Positions 57,707-64,000 of a DNA stretch of 64,000 nucleotides are shown here, in pieces. The notes below the pieces were generated by a model. It saw nothing but the letters and a program-made list of their open reading frames with translations. It was not told the DNA's origin and did no database searches. Each line of letters begins with the position of its first letter. The stretch's first letter is position 1. Where the stretch lies: positions 5,937 through 69,936 of the forward strand of contig JAEEZR010000012.1 of NCBI GenBank assembly GCA_016292035.1, in the 5' to 3' direction. The translations under genes and the position numbers were made by a program. This stretch comes from Bacillales bacterium (GTDB taxonomy: Bacteria > Bacillota_I > Bacilli_A > RF39 > UBA660).

Positions 57707-59042
57707 CTTTAGCTACATTTTTGAAATTAGTATATGTTCTTTCAAATAGTAGATTAACTGTTCCTGTTGAACCGCTTCTGTGTTTTGAGATTATTAATTC
57801 TGTTGGAGAAAGATTTGGTCTTTCTGTTGATTTGAATTTATAGTAATCATCGCAGTATAGGAACATAACTATGTCAGCATCTTGCTCGATTGAACCAGAT
57901 TCTTTTAGGTCTGACATGATTGGTCTTTTATCTTCTCTTGCTTCAACACTACGAGAAAGTTGCGCTAAAGCTATTACTGGAACTTCTAGTTCCATTGCTA
58001 GTTTCTTTAAATCTCTTGATACTTCAGATACTTCACTTACTCTGTTTCCTTGGTATTTAGAAGAAGAGCTTATTAATTGAAGATAGTCTATTATTATTAC
58101 ATCAAGACCTGATGGACTATTTTTTAGTCTTCTACATTTACTTCTAATTTCTGATACTGTAATACCTGGTGTATCATCAATATATAATTTAGTTTCAGCT
58201 AGTAGACTATATGCTTCGTTAAATTTCTTCCAGTCAGTAGTATCCATTCTACCTGTTCTTAATTTAATAGAGTCAATTTGTCCTACTGAAGATATCATTC
58301 TGTTGTTTATTTGAACTGCTCCCATTTCTAGGTTAAATAATGCTACTGTTTTTTTAGCATTGATAGCCATATTAGTAGCCATGTTAATAGCGATAGCACT
58401 TTTACCCATTCCTGGACGGCCTGCTATTATTATTAGTTCATTTTCATGAAGACCTGTTGTTTTAGCATCTAAATCATAAAATCCTGTAGGAATACCTGTT
58501 ACTTCTCCACCATTTTTAGCTAAGAATTCTAGTTGTTCTTGGCTTTTAACAAGTATTTCTTGAATTGGTTTTATATCTTTTACCATTCTATCTGCATTTA
58601 CTGCAAGAATGCTCTTTTCTGCATTTTCAACAATACTTACTACATCGCCTTGTTCTTCATAGCATTCTTCTATTATGTTTGATGATTTGTTTATAAGTGT
58701 TCTTAAAATATACTTTTCATAAATAATATTTATATAGTGTTCAATATTTGCTGGGGTTGCTACTGATTCAAGTATTTCAGTTAAGTAGTCAATTCCTCCT
58801 GCATTATTTAATTTATCTTCATTTTCAAGTTCATTTGTTAGTGTTGTTAAATCTACAGGAATATCTTTATTTCTTAATACAAATAATGCATCATATATTG
58901 CTTTATGTTTATTTTCGTAGAACATATCACTAGTTAATTCTTCACATACTTTATCTAGAGCTTCCTTGCTTAGAAAAGCACATCCTAGTGCATTTATTTC
59001 AGCATCTATGTTTTGTGGTTCTTTTCTTGGCATATTACTCAC
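57684..59042 (-). CDS. dnaB: Replicative DNA helicase DnaB (DnaC in B. subtilis nomenclature)
   Basis: N-terminal DnaB domain and RecA-like C-terminal domain with Walker A GRPGMGKSA. 452 aa. Directly downstream of rplI. Confidence 0.95.
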   Translation of the reverse strand: MSNMPRKEPQNIDAEINALGCAFLSKEALDKVCEELTSDMFYENKHKAIYDALFVLRNKDIPVDLTTLTNELENEDKLNNAGGIDYLTEILESVATPANIEHYINIIYEKYILRTLINKSSNIIEECYEEQGDVVSIVENAEKSILAVNADRMVKDIKPIQEILVKSQEQLEFLAKNGGEVTGIPTGFYDLDAKTTGLHENELIIIAGRPGMGKSAIAINMATNMAINAKKTVALFNLEMGAVQINNRMISSVGQIDSIKLRTGRMDTTDWKKFNEAYSLLAETKLYIDDTPGITVSEIRSKCRRLKNSPSGLDVIIIDYLQLISSSSKYQGNRVSEVSEVSRDLKKLAMELEVPVIALAQLSRSVEAREDKRPIMSDLKESGSIEQDADIVMFLYCDDYYKFKSTERPNLSPTELIISKHRSGSTGTVNLLFERTYTNFKNVAKGDEINNE

Positions 59043-59475
59043 CTCTTTTTAGAGTAACTTTTAGTTTAGCTACTACTTTCTTATGTAAATCTATTTCAAC
59101 TAAGTGAGTTCCAAGTGTATTTAATTCTTTTGCATTAATTATCTTTTTATCAATATCAAAATTTTTCTTTGATAATTCTTCACTTACTTGTTTAGAACTT
59201 ATGCACCCAAAAACTTTACCGTCTTTTCCTGTTTTAACGGTAAATACTATTTCTAGTTTTTCTAATTTTTCTTTTATTTCTTTGCACTCTAAAAGATGAG
59301 CCGCTTCATTTTCTTCTCTAGTCTTTATTTGGCCTTGTAATACCTCGTTGCTTTTTCCAGAATATAGAACAGCTTTTTTGTTTTTTATTAAGAATGTTCC
59401 AAACCCATCCTTTACTTCTTTAATTTCATCCTTTTTTCCTGTACCTTTTACATTTTCAATTAGAATTACTTTCAT
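59035..59475 (-). CDS. rplI: 50S ribosomal protein L9
   Basis: MKVILIENVKGTGKKDEIKEVKDGF canonical L9 N-terminus. 146 aa. Confidence 0.9.
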   Translation of the reverse strand: MKVILIENVKGTGKKDEIKEVKDGFGTFLIKNKKAVLYSGKSNEVLQGQIKTREENEAAHLLECKEIKEKLEKLEIVFTVKTGKDGKVFGCISSKQVSEELSKKNFDIDKKIINAKELNTLGTHLVEIDLHKKVVAKLKVTLKRGE

Positions 59476-59544
59476 AAGTCCTCCGCCCTACATTATACCA
59501 AGAAATATTGATAAATACTAGACGTGCAACATTATGTACCCATA

Positions 59545-60774
59545 TTATTTCCTTATTTTTCTTATCTTTAGTCTTTTATGTTTTATTTTACAATAAATAT
59601 ATAAGTATATTATTATTAACGCTATGAATCCTACTGTGATCATTATTATGTTATCTTTAACAAAACAAATAAGGCTGAATGATAGCTCTTCTTCTATTAT
59701 TACTGGTATTTCTTTTATAGTTTCACCTTTAAATCTAATATAGACTGTTCCTATATTAGTGCCTAATTCTTCGTTATACTTTACTTTATTAATACCACTA
59801 TATTCTACTTTTAAATCTCTTTCTAAATTTACTTCTCCTTCAATAAATTTGTATAAGTCTTCCTTTATTTTTACATCTATAGTTTTTTCTTTTGCATATT
59901 TTGTTTCGATTTGATAAAGTGTCTCATCTTTTGAGTATAATTTAGTTTTAGTAAAATTGTCTTTAACAGATGTATAAATACTATCTAAATCTTTTAAGTG
60001 ATTTGTTTTATTAGTATCTACAGGTGCGTCCAATGAAATAGTTATTAATTCTTCATCATTAATTTTAGATAATGTTATTAGACAAAGTCCTGCTTCATCT
60101 GTATATCCCGTTTTACTTCCTAGTACATAGTTAAAGCTTTTGTTTAGTCTTTTTCCATAACTACTTAGAGTTGATTGAAATTCTAAGTTATTTGTAGTTT
60201 TGTAATAAGATGATTCAAATGCTTCTTTAAATGTATTATTTTTTAGAGCATATTTTATTAATAATAATAAATCTTTAGTATTTGATTTATTTCCTTCATA
60301 ATAGCCTACTGGATCTACATATTTAGTATTACTCATTTCTAATTCTTTAGCTTTTTCATTCATTTTATCAACAAACTTTTCTTCGCTTTCATATAAATCT
60401 ATTGCTAAAGAGTAGGCAGCATCTGCTCCTGAAGGAAGCATTAGGGCATAGATCAAGTCTTTATATGAAACTGTGTCATACGCATTTAAATGCGCAGTTG
60501 CGGCATCCCATGGAACTTCATCTAACATTTCATAGGTGATTTCTATTTTTTTGTTAACGTCTTCTATCTTTTCTAGAGATATTATTGCTGTCATTATTTT
60601 CGTTAGTGACGCTATTGAAGAAGAGTTTGAACTATTTTTTTCATATATCGTTTTGTCTTCATCCACGTCATAAACAAGCACATTAGATGAATATAAATTA
60701 TCTATTTGTAGTGCTTTTATTGATATAGGGCATAATAATACAATTAATAATAATATTTTTATATACTTTTTCAT
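59545..60774 (-). CDS. D-alanyl-D-alanine carboxypeptidase (peptidase S11, DacB/DacF-like) with a C-terminal membrane anchor
   Basis: Signal peptide, the SxxK active site (SIASLTKIMT), a PBP5-like C-terminal domain, and a terminal TM helix. 409 aa. Confidence 0.8.
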   Translation of the reverse strand: MKKYIKILLLIVLLCPISIKALQIDNLYSSNVLVYDVDEDKTIYEKNSSNSSSIASLTKIMTAIISLEKIEDVNKKIEITYEMLDEVPWDAATAHLNAYDTVSYKDLIYALMLPSGADAAYSLAIDLYESEEKFVDKMNEKAKELEMSNTKYVDPVGYYEGNKSNTKDLLLLIKYALKNNTFKEAFESSYYKTTNNLEFQSTLSSYGKRLNKSFNYVLGSKTGYTDEAGLCLITLSKINDEELITISLDAPVDTNKTNHLKDLDSIYTSVKDNFTKTKLYSKDETLYQIETKYAKEKTIDVKIKEDLYKFIEGEVNLERDLKVEYSGINKVKYNEELGTNIGTVYIRFKGETIKEIPVIIEEELSFSLICFVKDNIIMITVGFIALIIIYLYIYCKIKHKRLKIRKIRK

Positions 60775-60829
60775 AATATCATTATATCAAATAATGGCTT
60801 ATTTATTTTTATTATTCTCTAACTTTACA

Positions 60830-61099
60830 TTATACTTTATATGTTATTTTTTCATCAAACTCAATGTAGTCTAAGTATATCATTAGCAGAAGGTAAGTAC
60901 CTTTTTCATCTTCTAGTAAGATATGATCTCTTCCTGCAGCTCTTACTGTGCCAGTAAATACTTTGTGATTATCTTTAGAAAAGCTCATATATATTTTAGC
61001 TTTTCTTCCTTTATTTAACCTTAATATATTTTCAATGTAGCTTTGTTCAATAGGTAATTCTTTTAAATATAAATCCTCTGTATTCATTTTTTCACCCAT
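60830..61099 (-). CDS. Hypothetical small protein (89 aa), possibly sporulation-associated
   Basis: No confident family assignment. Hydrophilic. Confidence 0.3.
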   Translation of the reverse strand: MGEKMNTEDLYLKELPIEQSYIENILRLNKGRKAKIYMSFSKDNHKVFTGTVRAAGRDHILLEDEKGTYLLLMIYLDYIEFDEKITYKV

Positions 61100-61164
61100 T
61101 TAAATTTATGCATTGTTATTTAAAATAATACTTAATTATGATAAAATTGTGTTGAGGAAATGAT

Positions 61165-61743
61165 ATGAAAGTTAAAGTTGGAATTAGTAATAGACATGTT
61201 CATTTGTCTAAAGAGGATTTTGATAAATTATTTTTTGATCAAGAGTTTTATAGCGTAAAAGATTTATCACAAACAGGTGAATTTATGTCTAATTTAAAGG
61301 TTGATATTATTGGGCCTAAAGGCAAAATAAAAGGGGTTAGGGTAGTAGGGCCTGTTAGAAGCAAAACTCAAGTTGAAATAAGCAAAACTGACTCTTTTAA
61401 GTTAGGGGTAGATGCTCCTGTTAGATTGAGCGGTGATTTAGAAGATGCTGCTGATATGACTATTAGTTTTATGGATAGGGTAGTAAACGCTAGTAGCTCT
61501 TGTATAATTGCTAAGAGACACTTACATATTAATACTAATGATTTAGATAAATACAATCTTCGTAATAACGATGTTATTAGCATTAGAATACCTGGAGAAA
61601 GAGGTGGGGTTCTTAATAACGTAGTTGTTAGAAGTAAAGATACATTTACTTTAGAAATACACCTTGATACTGATGAAGCTAACGCTCTTGGAGTTAAAAA
61701 TGGCGATGAAGTAGAAATAGTGAGGGATAACTATGGAGAATAA
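61165..61743 (+). CDS. pduL: Phosphate propanoyltransferase/phosphotransacetylase of the PduL (PTAC) family
   Basis: KVGISNRHVHLS and a second half-site AKRHLHIN, the duplicated PduL signature. 192 aa. Confidence 0.75.
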   Translation: MKVKVGISNRHVHLSKEDFDKLFFDQEFYSVKDLSQTGEFMSNLKVDIIGPKGKIKGVRVVGPVRSKTQVEISKTDSFKLGVDAPVRLSGDLEDAADMTISFMDRVVNASSSCIIAKRHLHINTNDLDKYNLRNNDVISIRIPGERGGVLNNVVVRSKDTFTLEIHLDTDEANALGVKNGDEVEIVRDNYGE

Positions 61744-62810
61744 TACACTTGATTTATTTATTAAAGATTCTCTTTCTCTTATAGAAGAATATAGGAGGTC
61801 ACTTTGACTACGATAGTAAGAAACTAAAACTTAAATCGTTAGAAGATAAGCGTGATAGTGAAAATTTTTGGAATAGCCCTGATAGTAAAGAAATACTTTC
61901 TGAGATTTCTAGTATTAATAGAGAATTATCACTTATCGATAAAGTCAATGATGATATAAAACTATTAAGTGAGTTCTCCGATATTTTTGATGAAGAAATA
62001 GCTGAGGATATTAACAATTTAAAAGATGATATTTCAAAAAACTTAAACGAACTAAGAGTAAGTATTTTATTAAATGGAGAATTTGATCATAATAACGCTT
62101 ATATTGAAATACATAGTGGGGCAGGGGGAACAGAGAGTAATGACTGGGCCGATATGCTTAAGAGAATGTATTTAAGATATTTTGAAAGAAAGAACTATAA
62201 AGTAGAAATAATAGGGGAACAAAAGGGAGAAGAAGTAGGCATTAAAGGTATTACTATGCATGTAGTAGGCGAGAATGCTTTTGGACTTTTAAAAGGAGAA
62301 ACTGGTGTTCATAGACTAGTAAGGATCAGCCCATTTGACTCTAATAAGAGAAGACACACTTCCTTTGCTTCTGTTCTAGTTACTCCTGAAATCAATACTA
62401 AGATTGAAATTAATATTAAAGAAGAAGACTTAAAAATTGATGTCTATAGAAGTAGTGGGGCAGGGGGACAAAGTGTTAATACTACTGATTCTGCTGTTAG
62501 AATTACTCATCTTCCTACAAAAATAGTTGTTACTTGTCAAAATGAAAGAAGTCAAATTAAAAACAAAGAAAAAGCCCTTGAAATATTAAAGGGCAAGTTA
62601 TATATTCTTGAAAAAGAAACTGTAGATGCTAAATTAAATGAACTTAAGGGTGCTGTTATGGATGTTAACTTTGGTTCTCAAATTAGAAACTATTTTCTTG
62701 AGCCTTATAGACTTGTTAAAGACTTAAGAACAAATTATGAAGAATCAGATGCATTTAAGGTTCTTGATGGTGATTTAGATGATTTTATAGAAAGCTATTT
62801 AAAGAATTAG
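61733..62810 (+). CDS. prfB: Peptide chain release factor 2 with the canonical programmed +1 ribosomal frameshift. Frame 0 runs 61733..61804 (MENNTLDLFIKDSLSLIEEYRRSL); the T at 61805 is skipped; frame +1 runs 61806..62810.
   Basis: The AGGAGG SD-like element followed by TCA CTT TGA C (CUU UGA C shift site) at 61793..61808. Downstream, EIHSGAGGTESNDWADMLKRMY, the SPF motif (ISPFDS) and GGQ (SGAGGQSVN). The ATG overlaps the pduL stop. Confidence 0.9.
61793..61808 (+). other. prfB autoregulatory +1 frameshift element: internal Shine-Dalgarno AGGAGG, 3-nt spacer, then slippery CTT followed by an in-frame TGA C
   Basis: Sequence aggaggtcactttgac. Identical in logic to the E. coli and B. subtilis prfB recoding site. 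Confidence 0.85.
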
Positions 62811-63491
62811 CTTTCTTTTTATTTTATCAAATATATAGTAATATGCTTCTTTTGTTGGAAATGAATTATCTATGTTTGGTAAGAATAGATATTTTTGTTT
62901 TGAAAATTCCTCATTTATTTCTATATAATTTACTTCATATTTGCTTTCTAATAATTTAAACTGACTATCTATATACTCATATATATCTTTTATTGCTTCT
63001 TCGTTTTCTTTTTTTATTTCAAGCGGATTATAATATCCAATTATAAATATTTCTTTTTTATTTAGTTTTCTTATTTGATATAGTAAGTCATTATAGTTAT
63101 TAAACATTTTATCAATATAATTATATATTTCTTTTGTTTTTATTATTTCATTACTGCTTTTTAGTTTACTAAATAATTCTTCGCTACCTATAGAAATTGT
63201 TATTAAATTTGCCTCTTTTAATAGGGGGTTTATGTTATCATTTAATAAATCTTTTATTCGCAAGTCTTCATATATAAAAGTTTTATTAACAATTACTTTC
63301 TTTTTTCTTTCTTTTAAATAATTTTCTAAATAATCTACAAAAGATAATGTTTTATCATTTTTATAGTCTATTCCAATTGAAAGGGCATCACCAATTGGTA
63401 GATAGTAATAGTCTTCTTTTCTTAATTTTTTATATATAAAAATAATTAATATTAGAGAAAAGAAAAATACTACGAGTAGTTTTTTCTTCAT
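62799..63491 (-). CDS. Hypothetical secreted/membrane-anchored protein, possibly SGNH/GDSL-hydrolase-like with a degenerate GDSL motif (GDALSIG)
   Basis: N-terminal signal/TM LLVVFFFSLILIIFIY, then LPIGDALSIGIDY in the GDSL block position but with Ala in place of the nucleophilic Ser. 230 aa. Confidence 0.3.
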   Translation of the reverse strand: MKKKLLVVFFFSLILIIFIYKKLRKEDYYYLPIGDALSIGIDYKNDKTLSFVDYLENYLKERKKKVIVNKTFIYEDLRIKDLLNDNINPLLKEANLITISIGSEELFSKLKSSNEIIKTKEIYNYIDKMFNNYNDLLYQIRKLNKKEIFIIGYYNPLEIKKENEEAIKDIYEYIDSQFKLLESKYEVNYIEINEEFSKQKYLFLPNIDNSFPTKEAYYYIFDKIKRKLIL

Positions 63492-63512
63492 TTTATCATC
63501 CTCGTAATATTT

Positions 63513-64000
63513 TTATTCAATTATTTCTATTTTAGCACCTACATTAGATAACTTTTCTACTATGTCTTCATATCCTCTTAAAATAAGTGGAATGTTGTCA
63601 AGAATTGTATCTCCTTTTGCTATTAAGGCACCTAGTACAAGTGCAGCTCCACCTCTTAAATCAGGTACTGTTAAGTTAGCACCTCTTAATTTAGTTGGGC
63701 CATTTATAGTTAATACATTTTTATTTGCATATGTGTCTGCTCCCATTTTATTTAAAAGCATTGCACTTTCAAATCTAAGTTCATATATATTTTCAGATAT
63801 ATGTGATTTACCTTTAGCTTGCGTTAGTAAAACTGTGAATACTTGTTGTACATCTGTAGGAAAACCTGGGAATACCTGAGTATGAACATCTGTTGGCATT
63901 ATTTTTTTACATTTAGATATTACAACTTCATCATTAGTTGCTTTAAATTCACATCCTACGTCTTTAAGCTTAATCAGTGTTGCATTTATGTGATCTTTTA
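63513..64000 (-). CDS. murA: UDP-N-acetylglucosamine 1-carboxyvinyltransferase MurA, C-terminal part (the 5' end lies beyond the window end)
   Basis: The frame is open to the window edge (…KDHINATLIKLKDVGCEFKATNDEVVISKCKKIMPTDVHTQVFPGFPTDVQQVF...VPDLRGGAALVLGALIAKG), matching the MurA C-terminal domain. Confidence 0.85.
   Translation of the reverse strand, partial: KDHINATLIKLKDVGCEFKATNDEVVISKCKKIMPTDVHTQVFPGFPTDVQQVFTVLLTQAKGKSHISENIYELRFESAMLLNKMGADTYANKNVLTINGPTKLRGANLTVPDLRGGAALVLGALIAKGDTILDNIPLILRGYEDIVEKLSNVGAKIEIIE

Noticed and set aside
61808-62017. 69-aa minus-strand ORF
   Set aside because: It is antisense to the prfB N-terminal coding region, has low-complexity Ser/Leu content, and has no RBS.
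62154-62810. ORF-track start of prfB at 62154 (218 aa) as the real gene start
   Set aside because: The frame is open upstream to 61806. The preceding 24-codon leader with the AGGAGG-N3-CTT TGA C element is the conserved RF2 frameshift cassette. The Met at 62154 is internal (MLKRMY).

Overview
The window is 64 kb of visibly AT-rich, gene-dense DNA from a low-GC, spore-forming Firmicute. It reads with the standard genetic code; conserved genes are full length without TGA recoding. About 60 of roughly 65 genes are on the minus strand and most intergenic gaps are under 100 bp. I found no rRNA, tRNA, CRISPR, transposase or integrase.

The housekeeping backbone is origin-proximal: rpsF (partial), ychF, parB-parA, tilS-ftsH, an LTA synthase, ligA, pcrA, a compact yabG-veg-spoVG-yabP-yabQ-divIC sporulation cluster, gpmI, spo0A, pgk, gap, whiA, an M23 EnvC-like peptidase with ftsX-ftsE, walJ-like MBL-rlmH, rplI-dnaB, a PduL-type phosphotransacylase, prfB with its programmed +1 frameshift, and murA (partial).

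The accessory content is the interesting part:
- Two tandem type-IV-pilin-like genes whose Cys-rich C-terminal module recurs on a zinc-ribbon membrane protein.
- Two tandem giant Ser/Thr/Cys-rich surface proteins with Listeria-Bacteroides (Flg_new) repeats and internal about 200-bp repeats.
- A paralogous pair of proteins with SipW-cognate-like signal peptides.
- A roughly 12-kb minus-strand island downstream of rlmH encoding a family of proteins with the same N-terminal C-x2-C-x10-C-x2-C-G zinc ribbon, basic linker and single TM helix but different ectodomains (Yip1-like, HExxH metalloprotease-like, VWA/Ca-binding, WG repeats), followed by a YdjGHI-like module (SPFH/SHOCT protein, double-zinc-ribbon membrane protein, TM plus zinc-ribbon protein). 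Two more zinc-ribbon genes sit between gap and pgk.

Three genes are disrupted: an M14 carboxypeptidase split at an A6 run, the VWA gene's zinc ribbon detached at an A5 run (each repaired by adding one A), and rlmH carrying an in-frame TAA.
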